A stretch of DNA of 64,000 nucleotides from Candidatus Fimenecus sp. (lineage in GTDB: Bacteria > Bacillota > Clostridia > Oscillospirales > Acutalibacteraceae), in NCBI GenBank assembly GCA_051881435.1, contig JBJEPW010000001.1, positions 3,869-67,868 of the forward strand, read 5' to 3'. The notes under the pieces are model-generated. The model ran no database searches. It was not told where the DNA came from and saw nothing but the letters and a program-made list of their open reading frames with translations. Position numbers and translations under genes: made by a program. Numbering within the stretch: position 1 is the first letter of the stretch; each line of letters starts with the position of its first letter. Of the stretch, positions 8,695 through 18,445 are shown piece after piece.

Positions 8695-9430
8695 TTCCGG
8701 TGCCATTGTTTATGATAAACTGAGTCAACATTTTAAAATTGAAAAAGTAATAATTGAGGAAAAGACTCCGAGGAAAGTCTTTCTGAAAAGAAGAATTAAA
8801 CGGTTAGGGTTCTTTAAAACAATGGGTCAAGTGGCTTTTTCAACTGTTATTGTACCCGTTTTGAAAAAAGAAGCTGCTGATCGTAAGAAAGAAATCCTTG
8901 ATGCATATAATGTGAAAATTGATTACGATAAGCTATTGAATGAGAACGCTCTTCATGTTTCGTCCGTAAATTCAAAAGAGTGTATTGAAGCGTTGCAGGA
9001 GATAAATCCTGATATAGTCGTGGTGAACGGAACACGAATCATATCAAAAGAGGTTCTGAATTGTGTCGATGCAACTTTCATAAATATGCATGCAGGTATT
9101 ACCCCGAAATACCGGGGCTCACACGGTGCGTATTGGGCTCTCTATAACAACGATAAACAGAATGCAGGAGTAACGGTACATTTTGTTGATGAGGGAATTG
9201 ACACGGGCAATATTCTGTATCAATCTGTCATACCGATTACGGAAAAAGATAACTTTGTTACATATCCGTTGTTACAAACCTGCATTGGTGTGAACGATGA
9301 AATTAAAGCCATCAACGATATTATTGCCGGCAATCCCAAAACTATAAGTAACGATTTGCCGTCAGCTTTATATACGCATCCGACATTTTTTGAGTATATT
9401 TATCACAGACTCAAAGACGGAGTCAAATAG
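8663..9430 (+). CDS. stand-alone formyltransferase-domain protein (Fmt/ArnA-N-terminal-like)
   Basis: VVVNGTRII...INMHAGITPKYRGSHG and VDEGIDTGNIL match the Asn-His-Asp formyltransferase core. 32-nt overlap with the upstream gene. Confidence 0.7.
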   Translation: MKIVMLCSVGDSGAIVYDKLSQHFKIEKVIIEEKTPRKVFLKRRIKRLGFFKTMGQVAFSTVIVPVLKKEAADRKKEILDAYNVKIDYDKLLNENALHVSSVNSKECIEALQEINPDIVVVNGTRIISKEVLNCVDATFINMHAGITPKYRGSHGAYWALYNNDKQNAGVTVHFVDEGIDTGNILYQSVIPITEKDNFVTYPLLQTCIGVNDEIKAINDIIAGNPKTISNDLPSALYTHPTFFEYIYHRLKDGVK

Positions 9431-9449
9431 TGGAGAGGAGATTATAATT

Positions 9450-10424
9450 ATGAGCTACAAGGATTTGAGTTTTCCTAAAAATTCCGTATTTCTCGTAACG
9501 GGGGCGGCGGGCTTTATCGGCTCGAATTTGTGCGAGGCAATCCTTGCAAAAGGATGTAAAGTAAAAGCACTTGACGACCTTTCCACCGGTAAGCAGGAAA
9601 ATGTGGATTTGTTCAAAGACAATCCGAATTACACTTTTATCAAAGGTGACATTAAGGATTTAGATACTTGTATGAAAGCCTGCGAAGGCGTGGATTATGT
9701 TCTCAATCAGGCGGCGTGGGGCAGTGTGCCGAGAAGTCTCGAAATGCCGATTTTCTACTGCAAAAACAATATTGAGGGAACTTTGAATATGCTCGAAGCT
9801 GCCCGTCAGAACGGTGTGAAAAAATTTGTGTATGCGTCCTCTTCTTCCGTATATGGCGATGAGCCCAATCTCCCCAAAACCGAGGGGCGGGAGGGCAATC
9901 TTCTTTCTCCCTATGCGCTCACCAAACGCTGTGACGAGGAATGGGCGAAGCTCTACACCAAGTTTTACGGACTGGATACCTACGGTATGCGCTATTTCAA
10001 TGTGTTCGGACGTCGGCAGGACCCCGACGGCGCCTATGCGGCGGTTATCCCGAAATTCTTAAAGCAGTTAATGCGCGGCGAAACGCCCACGATTAACGGC
10101 GACGGCAAGCAAAGCCGCGACTTTACCTATATTGACAATGTTATCGAGGCGAACTTAAAAGCCTGCCTTGCCCCCCACGAAGCGGCAGGCGAGGCGTACA
10201 ATATCGCTTACGGCGGCAGAGAATATCTGATTGATATTTACTATGGACTGACGAAAGCCTTGGGCGTGAATATCGAACCGAATTTCGGCCCCGACCGCAA
10301 AGGTGATATAAAACACAGCAACGCCGATATTTCCAAAGCAAAACGGTTGTTGGGCTATGACCCCGATTACAGTTTCCAAGACGGAATTAAACTTGCAATT
10401 GATTGGTATAAGGAGAATTTATAA
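9450..10424 (+). CDS. NAD-dependent UDP-HexNAc(A) 4-epimerase, TviC/WbpP-like SDR
   Basis: Start trimmed to MSYKDL behind RBS GGAGAGGAG. VTGAAGFIGSNL and SPYALTK (YxxxK). Confidence 0.8.
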   Translation: MSYKDLSFPKNSVFLVTGAAGFIGSNLCEAILAKGCKVKALDDLSTGKQENVDLFKDNPNYTFIKGDIKDLDTCMKACEGVDYVLNQAAWGSVPRSLEMPIFYCKNNIEGTLNMLEAARQNGVKKFVYASSSSVYGDEPNLPKTEGREGNLLSPYALTKRCDEEWAKLYTKFYGLDTYGMRYFNVFGRRQDPDGAYAAVIPKFLKQLMRGETPTINGDGKQSRDFTYIDNVIEANLKACLAPHEAAGEAYNIAYGGREYLIDIYYGLTKALGVNIEPNFGPDRKGDIKHSNADISKAKRLLGYDPDYSFQDGIKLAIDWYKENL

Positions 10425-11479
10425 TGGCAAAAATGAGCGTCATTATCCCGATTTACAACGCCGAGGAATATTTGCACGAATGTATTGACAGCGTGCTTTC
10501 ACAAACCCTTTCGGATTTGGAAATCATTTTGGTCGATGACGGCGCAACGGACAGTAGCCCCGCCATTTGCGACGAATATGCAGAAAAGGACAGCCGTGTA
10601 AAGGTGGTACATAAGCCCAACGGCGGCGTGTGCGATGCACGCAACGCAGGCATAAAGGCTGTGACTGCCGATTATTTTTCCTTTGTTGAAAGTGATGATT
10701 GGCTGCCGGAAGATGCCTGCGAAAAACTGTGGGCACAGCACGAAAAATACAATGCCGACTTCGTTTTCGGTGCATATTATAAGGTTTCCACAAGCGGTAC
10801 AACGGTAAAACACCCGTTGCCTGAAAAAGAAATTTTCTTTGATAAAGACGGTATCAAAAACCGCCTGCTTGAATATTTAATGGGCTTAACGGGTGAACGG
10901 TTGAAAACGCCGGAGAATCTTGATTCTATGCTTACCGACACGGCAAAGCTCTATAAAACCTCCATTGTCCGCGACCACGAAGTTTATTGGATAAGCCGTA
11001 AAGAGATTTATTCCGACTGCCTCATATATATGCTGTACTATGCGTTTTATTGCGATACCGCCGTGTATTTTGACGAGCCGATTTATTATTACCGCCGTAC
11101 AAACACAGGGTCGCAAACTGCCGGTTACCGAAAAGGCGCTTTGGATTTGTGCCTTAAACAGTTTGATTATATGCGTGAATTGATTGAGAACAACAATTTG
11201 CAAAATCTTTGGGAGGCATATTACTCCCGTATTTGCTTTACGATTATTCCTATGGGGGGCAATGCCTACCGCACGGGCAATAAAAAAGAGGGTATGAAAG
11301 AAGTCCATGCGGTTCTTGATAATCCCATTTACAAAGAGGCGTTTGCACATTTCAATATAAACGCACTCCCCGTGCATTTCCGTCCGCTGTTTTTCTTTGC
11401 AAAGCACAAAATGTACGGCGCATTTTACCAAATGACCGTGGTCATGCGTAAAATTATGAACAAACAAAGAGGTATGTAA
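10424..11479 (+). CDS. glycosyltransferase family 2
   Basis: MSVIIPIYNAEEYLHECIDSVLSQT...ILVDDGATD. Confidence 0.9.
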   Translation: MAKMSVIIPIYNAEEYLHECIDSVLSQTLSDLEIILVDDGATDSSPAICDEYAEKDSRVKVVHKPNGGVCDARNAGIKAVTADYFSFVESDDWLPEDACEKLWAQHEKYNADFVFGAYYKVSTSGTTVKHPLPEKEIFFDKDGIKNRLLEYLMGLTGERLKTPENLDSMLTDTAKLYKTSIVRDHEVYWISRKEIYSDCLIYMLYYAFYCDTAVYFDEPIYYYRRTNTGSQTAGYRKGALDLCLKQFDYMRELIENNNLQNLWEAYYSRICFTIIPMGGNAYRTGNKKEGMKEVHAVLDNPIYKEAFAHFNINALPVHFRPLFFFAKHKMYGAFYQMTVVMRKIMNKQRGM

Positions 11480-11484
11480 GAAAA

Positions 11485-12519
11485 ATGCTTGTCAGTGTTG
11501 TTATCCCTGTCTATAAAACCGAAAAATACCTGCAAAAATGCGTTTCGTCGGTCATACGCCAAACCTACAAGCCGTTGGAAATTATTTTGGTGGACGATGG
11601 CTCACCCGATAACGCACCTGCCATGTGCGACGCATTGGCGGCAGAACACGAAAATATAACCGTTATCCATAAGGAAAACGGTGGCCTTTCCACGGCCCGA
11701 AATGCGGGGATAGAAAAAGCGACAGGCAAATATATCGTATTTTTAGACTCGGACGATACTTTGAGCGACACCGCCGTGGCGGATATGGTGGAGATTATCG
11801 AAAACGAGCAAAGCGACGCCGTGTTCCCCAATAGTTACATAAAAGTATTTGAAAACGGCGAAAATGATATGACCGCCCAGCATTTCACAAAAGAAATGTT
11901 TTCCCCCGACCCCAAGGTGTTCGCCTTAGAGGTGCTTATCGGCAAAGGGCGTGCCCGCCGTTCCACTGCGGTGCTTTATAATTTGGATTTGATAAAGAAA
12001 GGGAACATTCGCTACCTTGCAGGGCGCATTTCCGAGGATTTCTTTTTTAATCTTGATTTTTTTGCGGCGGCGGAGAAAATTTCCCTGTATGAAAACCCCT
12101 CCCTCTACAATTTAAAGCGCGCGGGCAGTATTTCTTCGTCCTATTATGAGAACTTTTTTGACACGGTGCTTGAAATGGACGAACAAGTGGAAGCGTTTAT
12201 CGCTTCTCTCCGGGAGGATAAGTACAAAGACCATATTCCCGGACGGCGCGAAACGCTGTTGTACCGCAATTTGCTGATTTTTGCCATCAATGTGATGGGC
12301 GACAAACATACTTCTTACAAAGCACGGCGCAAAAAATGCACCGAAATGTTTTGTCACCCCCGTTTTCAGGACTGCCTGCAAAACGGTGCGGCAACGCCCT
12401 TCTTTGAGGGTAATTTTCAGCGGATGTATATGGGGCTGTCCTTAAAACTTATTCGGGCAAAGCTTTACAGGCTTACCTGCTTTTTGGCGTTTATCGCCGC
12501 AAAAATCAACACGGTGTGA
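11485..12519 (+). CDS. glycosyltransferase family 2
   Basis: VSVVIPVYKTEKYLQKCVSSVIRQT...ILVDDGSPD...FLDSDD. Confidence 0.9.
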   Translation: MLVSVVIPVYKTEKYLQKCVSSVIRQTYKPLEIILVDDGSPDNAPAMCDALAAEHENITVIHKENGGLSTARNAGIEKATGKYIVFLDSDDTLSDTAVADMVEIIENEQSDAVFPNSYIKVFENGENDMTAQHFTKEMFSPDPKVFALEVLIGKGRARRSTAVLYNLDLIKKGNIRYLAGRISEDFFFNLDFFAAAEKISLYENPSLYNLKRAGSISSSYYENFFDTVLEMDEQVEAFIASLREDKYKDHIPGRRETLLYRNLLIFAINVMGDKHTSYKARRKKCTEMFCHPRFQDCLQNGAATPFFEGNFQRMYMGLSLKLIRAKLYRLTCFLAFIAAKINTV

Positions 12520-12528
12520 GGGGCAAAG

Positions 12529-13818
12529 ATGAGAATTTTAATTGTATCCAACTCGCCGTGGCGCAGTGACAACAGTTTCGGCAATTCCTTTTCCAATATT
12601 TTTGAGGGGATTCCCGATTTGGAAATCGCCAATATTTACTGCAAATACGGCAAGCCGCAAACCAAGGCGGCAACAAGGTTTTTTCAAATCACCGAAAAAT
12701 CCATTCTCAAAAGCATTTTGAAACACACCCCCTCAGGGCAGGAAGTGTTCGAGGCAGACGAGGCGGAAGCTCCCGCCGACCGTGACGAAGCGGCGTTTAA
12801 CAAAATCAAACGCCACAAAAGTATTCCTATGTATTGGGCACGGGCAATGATTTGGAAAACGGGTAAGTGGAAATCGCAAGCTTTACTTGATTTCTTGGAC
12901 GATTTCAAGCCCGATTTGCTGTTTATTCCCGTCTATTATTCCCATTATCTTCACGACATCAACCGCTTTATTTTAAAGCGTTTCAATATCCCCGCCGTCG
13001 GCTATGTTTCCGACGATGTCTATACTTTAAAACAGTTTTCGCTGTCGCCGTTCTTTTGGATTGACCGCCTTATCTTACGCCCGAAAATGAAAAAGGTCTT
13101 TTCGTGGTGCAAAACGGTGTATGTCATTTCCGAAACACAGCGGCGTGAATATGCGGCAATTTTCGGCGACAAGTTCAAGGTGCTTACAAAGTGCGCTTCC
13201 TTTGCTGACGAAAACAAACCCGCATTCAAAACGCCCGAAACGCCGTTAAAACTCGTGTATGCGGGCAATGTGAGCAAAGGTCGGGGAAAAATTCTGTGTG
13301 CACTCGCCGAAAGCGTGCGAACGCTGAATGACAAGGAAAATACCTTTACACTTGATATTTACACCTCTACGCCCCTTGCGGACACGGTGAAAGATACTCT
13401 AAACGGCGGCGGTGTAGCGTTGCATCCGCCTGTATCTTATGCGAAAATCCGTGAAATTCAAGGGGATGCGGATATTTTGGTACACGCCGAAGCCTTTGAT
13501 TTAAAAGAACGGCTTAGTGTGCACCAATCCTTCTCCACAAAAATTGTGGATTATATCGCCTCGAACCGCTGTATTTTGGCGATAGGCAGTGATACCTGCG
13601 CGTCCATACAGTATTTTATAGATAATGATTGCGCCGCCGTGGCGACTGCGCCGTCGGAAATTTCAGAACGGCTGTCGGAATTGAAAGATACGCCTGCGCT
13701 TTTGGCGGAATATGCCGAAAAAGCGTGGCAGAGCGGTAAGGCGCACCACGAACGAAGCGTGATGCAGGAAAATCTGCTGCACGATTTGCAAAATGCCCTA
13801 TGGGAGGAAAATGCTTGA
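12529..13818 (+). CDS. putative GT-B fold glycosyltransferase (divergent)
   Basis: MRILIVSN start and a C-terminal Rossmann-like half (LKLVYAGNVSKGRG...). No clean EX7E motif. Confidence 0.45.
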   Translation: MRILIVSNSPWRSDNSFGNSFSNIFEGIPDLEIANIYCKYGKPQTKAATRFFQITEKSILKSILKHTPSGQEVFEADEAEAPADRDEAAFNKIKRHKSIPMYWARAMIWKTGKWKSQALLDFLDDFKPDLLFIPVYYSHYLHDINRFILKRFNIPAVGYVSDDVYTLKQFSLSPFFWIDRLILRPKMKKVFSWCKTVYVISETQRREYAAIFGDKFKVLTKCASFADENKPAFKTPETPLKLVYAGNVSKGRGKILCALAESVRTLNDKENTFTLDIYTSTPLADTVKDTLNGGGVALHPPVSYAKIREIQGDADILVHAEAFDLKERLSVHQSFSTKIVDYIASNRCILAIGSDTCASIQYFIDNDCAAVATAPSEISERLSELKDTPALLAEYAEKAWQSGKAHHERSVMQENLLHDLQNALWEENA

Positions 13819-15023
13819 AAGTTTTACACATCAATGCGGTTTATAAGCTTCGCAGTACAGGCAGAAGTTTAATGGAATTGCATGAAGATTTGAACCGTTA
13901 CGGCGTGGAGTCATACTGCGCCTGTTCACGCACCTACGGTTGTGAAAATGTCTATCAAATCGGTGACGAAAAATCCATAAAACTCCACGGGCTTATGTCC
14001 CGCCTTTCGGGCAAACAGGGCTATTTTTCCAAAGGCAACACAAAAAAACTGATCGCCTATATTGACAAAGTGAAACCCGATGTGGTGCATTTGCACAATC
14101 TCCACGCCAATTATATTCACTTGCCGATGTTACTTGAATACTTAGCGAAAAATGACATTGCCACGGTGATTATGCTCTATGACTGCTGGTTTTTCACAGG
14201 CAAATGTATGCACTACAATTCTATCGGCTGTTATCAATGGGAAACCCATTGTAAAAAATGCCCGCAAATTCATGAGGGCAATAAAAGTTGGTTTTTCGAC
14301 CGCACCGAAGCTGTGCACGAAGACCGTATAAATTTGTTCCAAAGTATTCCGCGCCTTGGTATTGTAGGCATTTCCGATTGGATTACCGACGAGTGCCGCC
14401 GTTCACCCATCGCGAAAAACGCAAAAATCATACAGCGCATTTACCTTTGGATTGACCTTTACAAATTCCACCCCGTGGACGGCAGTAAAAAGCGTGCCGA
14501 ACTGGGGCTTACCGATAAATTCGTAATTTTGGGCGTTGCGGAGCAATGGGGCAACGCAAAGGGACTTGACAGATTTCTTGATTTGGCAACGAAAATCTCG
14601 CCTGAAAAGCAGATTGTGTTGGTGGGCAACCCCGCACCCGATGTGAAATTGCCCGACAATGTGCTTTGCGTGGGCAGAACGAACAGCCAAGAGGAATTGG
14701 CGGAATTTTATTCCCTTGCCGATGTGTTTGTGACCTTTTCTTATCAGGAAACCTTTGGCAAAGTGAGCGCCGAAGCCCTTGCCTGCGGTACGCCTGTGGT
14801 TTGCTATAATTCCACCGCCTGCCCCGAGCTTGTGGGCGAAAACTGCGGCATTGTGGTGGAAAAGAACGATAAAGACGGAATGCTTCGTGCCGTCAACGAA
14901 ATTCAGAAAAACGGCAAGGCGCAATATTCTGCGCACTGTACCGCATTTGCCCGCGAAAACTTCGGGCGGGAAAAACTGACGCAGGAATTCCTTTCAGTGT
15001 ATCAAAACCTTTTGACCGATTAA
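13800..15023 (+). CDS. glycosyltransferase family 4, Cys-rich N-domain paralogue A
   Basis: YDCWFFTGKC...GC...HCKKCP motif. C-terminal SYQETFGKVSAEALACGTPVV. True start may be TTG 13815 (TTGA overlap with the upstream stop). Confidence 0.8.
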   Translation: MGGKCLKVLHINAVYKLRSTGRSLMELHEDLNRYGVESYCACSRTYGCENVYQIGDEKSIKLHGLMSRLSGKQGYFSKGNTKKLIAYIDKVKPDVVHLHNLHANYIHLPMLLEYLAKNDIATVIMLYDCWFFTGKCMHYNSIGCYQWETHCKKCPQIHEGNKSWFFDRTEAVHEDRINLFQSIPRLGIVGISDWITDECRRSPIAKNAKIIQRIYLWIDLYKFHPVDGSKKRAELGLTDKFVILGVAEQWGNAKGLDRFLDLATKISPEKQIVLVGNPAPDVKLPDNVLCVGRTNSQEELAEFYSLADVFVTFSYQETFGKVSAEALACGTPVVCYNSTACPELVGENCGIVVEKNDKDGMLRAVNEIQKNGKAQYSAHCTAFARENFGREKLTQEFLSVYQNLLTD

Positions 15024-15039
15024 AAAGGAGGAGCGCAAA

Positions 15040-16257
15040 ATGCGTGTATTACAAATCAACGGCGTTGAGCGTATTTCCAGCACCGGCAGAACCGTCACGG
15101 AATTTGACGCTTTCCTGAAAGACCGCGGCGTCGAATCATTTATTGCGTGCTCCGTGCCGGCGGCAGACTCCGACAGTTTTCAAATCGGTACGCCGACGGA
15201 GAAAAAACTGCACGGGCTTTTGTCTCGCATAACGGGCAAGCAAGGCTGGTTTTCTCATAAAGGCACCAAAGAATTGCTGGGGTTTATGGACGAAATCAAG
15301 CCCGATGTGGTGCTGTTGCGCGTTTTGCACGGGAATTTTATAAACTTCCCCATGCTGATGGATTATCTTGCGAAAAAGAATATTGCTACCGTGCTTATTT
15401 TGCACGATTGCTGGTTTTTTACGGGCAAATGCTGCCATTACAGCCAAACGGGCTGTGACCGTTTTCAAACGGGTTGCGGAAATTGCCCCCGTATAAAGCA
15501 GGATAATCCAAGTTGGCTCTTTGACCGCACTTCGTATTTGTGGCGGGCAAAAAAACAGATGTTTGATAAAATCGACCGCTTGGGCGTGGTCGGCGTATCC
15601 GAATGGATTGCAAACGAGGGCGCAAAATCGCCGCTCTTTGCAAACGCCCGTGAGATTACGGGCATCTATAACGGCATTGACTTTGCAAAGTTTCACTATG
15701 ATGCACAAGGCGCGGCAGACCTGCTAGAGAAATACGGTCTGCAAGAGAAAAAGGTTTTACTTGCCGTTGCCTCCAAATGGTCGGCGCATAAAGGACTTTC
15801 CGATTTGACGGAGCTTGCCGAAAAAATGCCTGCCGATTGGCAGTTGGTGTGCGTGGGCGCATTGCCCCAGGACTATACCGTGCCCGAAACAATGCTGCAT
15901 ATCGCCGCAACGGACAGCGTGGAAGAATTGGCATCTTGGTATTCGGCGGCAGATGTATTTTTAAATCTGTCCAAAGAAGAAACCTTCGGCAAGGTGAGCG
16001 CCGAGGCGCTTTCCTGCGGGACGCCCGTGGTGTGCTACAACACAACGGCAAACCCCGAAATCGTCGGCGACGGCTGCGGCGCGGTTTGCAGCGGAGCAGA
16101 TGTGCAGGCGTATTTTGACTGCGTGCAAGCAGTGCTCGCAAGCGGCAGAGAAAGTTACGCAGAAGCGTGTACTGCCTTTGCACATGTGCAGTTCGATAAA
16201 GAAAAAAACTACGAAAAATTGTTGGAATTTCTGCGGCGTCTTGCAAAGAACAGATAA
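15040..16257 (+). CDS. glycosyltransferase family 4, Cys-rich N-domain paralogue B
   Basis: Alignable along its length with 13800-15023. HDCWFFTGKCCHY...GC...GCGNCP; SKEETFGKVSAEALSCGTPVV. Confidence 0.8.
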   Translation: MRVLQINGVERISSTGRTVTEFDAFLKDRGVESFIACSVPAADSDSFQIGTPTEKKLHGLLSRITGKQGWFSHKGTKELLGFMDEIKPDVVLLRVLHGNFINFPMLMDYLAKKNIATVLILHDCWFFTGKCCHYSQTGCDRFQTGCGNCPRIKQDNPSWLFDRTSYLWRAKKQMFDKIDRLGVVGVSEWIANEGAKSPLFANAREITGIYNGIDFAKFHYDAQGAADLLEKYGLQEKKVLLAVASKWSAHKGLSDLTELAEKMPADWQLVCVGALPQDYTVPETMLHIAATDSVEELASWYSAADVFLNLSKEETFGKVSAEALSCGTPVVCYNTTANPEIVGDGCGAVCSGADVQAYFDCVQAVLASGRESYAEACTAFAHVQFDKEKNYEKLLEFLRRLAKNR

Positions 16258-16312
16258 ATTCGGTATTTTACAGGTGTTTCTCAATGAAAATGTTAGGTGA
16301 AAGGACACATAA

Positions 16313-17365
16313 ATGAACATTTATGTTTTAAATATCCTTTTAACCTTTCTTTGGGCCTTTGTGTTTTTAGGGTTGGTTAAAAGCGATAACGGAAAAAAAG
16401 CCTTCTGTGCACTGACCGGTGTGCAGTGGATACTCATATCAGGACTGCGAGGTATGTCTGTCAGTTCTGATATGTTAAGTTATAAAACCAGATTTGAAAA
16501 TACCATGAATACCCCGTGGAATAATCTGTTTGACAATTTTTACCTTGTTTATGTAGACGAGGAGGGCAAGGACCCGGGATATGCGGTATTTGAAAAATTT
16601 ATTCAGCTTTTTACAAAAGACTATCATGCCTTCTTGTTTATAGTAGCGGTACTGTTCTTTACGGGGTTTGCCGTATGGGTATATAAAAACTCTACAAATC
16701 CGCTTTTGAGTATGTTGATTTTCGACTCGTTTTTGTGGTCGTTTTTCGCGCTGACAGGAACACGCCAAACATTGGCAACACTGCTTGTGGTGTTTATCGG
16801 CGGATACTATATTAAAGAGAGAAAATTTTGGCCGTTTTTGTTGGTTTCCCTTATTGCTTTCACTGTTCACAAATCCGCCATTTGCTTTTTTCCTTTTTAT
16901 TTTATTTCGCAAATCAATATTACAAAAAAATATTTAGCAGGTGTGCTATGCTCACTGCCGATTCTGTTTGTTTTCAGGAATCAGTGTTTTATGATTTTGG
17001 GCAGCTTGGTTGGTTATGAATATTCCGAATTTGAAAACAGCGGCGCATATAGTTTTACATTTATGTATATAGCGGTGTTGCTTGTTTCTATTATATTGCT
17101 GAACCGTATTAAAATAAATTGCCCTGACTATAAAATGTATTACAACGCTCTGTTTATGGGCGCGGTATTGCTTCCTCTTGTTTTTGTTAATCCTGCGGCT
17201 ATGCGCACGGTTCAGTATTATTCGCTGTATCTTATTCTGTTTATACCGCATATTATACCGTGCTTTGAACGCCGTTTAAGAGTACCTCTCGAAACGGCAA
17301 TGATAGTTTTGCTTTTAATGATGACGAATTTGTATTCAAGGTCATATGAGTTTTTCTGGCAATAA
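16313..17365 (+). CDS. EpsG-family / Wzy-like polysaccharide polymerase, copy 1
   Basis: 350 aa, ~10 TM, ISGLRGMSVSSDMLSYKTRF motif, ends FFWQ. Confidence 0.7.
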   Translation: MNIYVLNILLTFLWAFVFLGLVKSDNGKKAFCALTGVQWILISGLRGMSVSSDMLSYKTRFENTMNTPWNNLFDNFYLVYVDEEGKDPGYAVFEKFIQLFTKDYHAFLFIVAVLFFTGFAVWVYKNSTNPLLSMLIFDSFLWSFFALTGTRQTLATLLVVFIGGYYIKERKFWPFLLVSLIAFTVHKSAICFFPFYFISQINITKKYLAGVLCSLPILFVFRNQCFMILGSLVGYEYSEFENSGAYSFTFMYIAVLLVSIILLNRIKINCPDYKMYYNALFMGAVLLPLVFVNPAAMRTVQYYSLYLILFIPHIIPCFERRLRVPLETAMIVLLLMMTNLYSRSYEFFWQ

Positions 17366-17380
17366 GTAAAGGATTATTTT

Positions 17381-18433
17381 ATGAATATTTTTGTAGTCAA
17401 TATTATGATGACGCTCATAGTTGGGGCTCTGCTTTTAGGCGTGCAACCGACCGAGCATAAAAAGAGAATATTCATTGGCTTGACGACTGTCAGTTGGATA
17501 CTTATTTCCGGACTGCGAGGCTTGACTGTGGGTGATGATACCATCGTTTACAGAGATCGGTTTTTGCGCACCGCCAATACCTCATGGAGAAGTTTGTTTA
17601 AAAACTACTATTTCGTTTATGTTAATGACGAAGGCAAGGACCCGGGCTATTCCGTGTTTGAAAAAATTGTGCAGATATTTACCGACAACTATCAGGTTTA
17701 TTTAGTGGTTATCGCCGTGATTTTCTTTGCCGTAATGGCATGGTGGATATATAAGTATTCTGCCGAGCCGTGTTTAAGTTATCTGATTTTTTCTTCCTTT
17801 TTATTCGCGTTTTATGCCTTAACGGGCTTGCGTCAAACGCTGGCTACGGTGCTTGTGGTGTTTATCGGTACAAAACTGATTGAAGAGCGCAAGTTCTGGC
17901 GTTTTCTGTTGGTGGTTGCAGTTGCTTTTACCGTACATAAATCTGCAATCTGCTTTTTGCCTTTCTATTTTCTGTCAAGGCTTCCTGTCAACAAATGGAC
18001 AGTTTCGGTTGTTGCCATAATAACTCCTGTTGTGTTTAGGTTCAACGAGGAAGTGTTCCGTGTACTGGGATTTTTGGTAGGATATGAATATGACGAGCTG
18101 GAAAACAGGGGGGCATATGGCTTTACATTTATGTATCTTGCGGTAACAGTTGTTATGGTTATATTTTTAAAGCATTTTCGTAACATCTGCGAGAATTACA
18201 AAATGTATTATAACGCTCTGTTTCTGGGACTGTTGTTCTTGCCGTTGGTGTTTGTCAATCCTACGGCGATGCGCGTAGTTCAGTATTACTCGCTGTTTTT
18301 GATGCTCTCTATTCCGCAATTATTAAAGTGCTTTGATAAAAAGCTGCGGTTTGTGGTTTATGTGATTATTGTCACGGCTTTGCTGCTGGCAACAAATGTG
18401 TATCAATATACCTATTATTTCTTCTGGCAATAA
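17381..18433 (+). CDS. EpsG-family / Wzy-like polysaccharide polymerase, copy 2
   Basis: 350 aa, collinear with copies 1 and 3 (ISGLRGLTVGDDTIVYRDRF ... FTVHKSAICFLPFYF ... FFWQ). Confidence 0.7.
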   Translation: MNIFVVNIMMTLIVGALLLGVQPTEHKKRIFIGLTTVSWILISGLRGLTVGDDTIVYRDRFLRTANTSWRSLFKNYYFVYVNDEGKDPGYSVFEKIVQIFTDNYQVYLVVIAVIFFAVMAWWIYKYSAEPCLSYLIFSSFLFAFYALTGLRQTLATVLVVFIGTKLIEERKFWRFLLVVAVAFTVHKSAICFLPFYFLSRLPVNKWTVSVVAIITPVVFRFNEEVFRVLGFLVGYEYDELENRGAYGFTFMYLAVTVVMVIFLKHFRNICENYKMYYNALFLGLLFLPLVFVNPTAMRVVQYYSLFLMLSIPQLLKCFDKKLRFVVYVIIVTALLLATNVYQYTYYFFWQ

Positions 18434-18445
18434 AGGATTGTAAAT

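Noticed and set aside
15136-16320. Long minus-strand ORFs (190, 196, 119 aa), Arg/Pro-rich
   Set aside because: They are antisense to GT4 paralogue B. The composition is typical of the reverse frame of a GC-richer gene, with no motifs.
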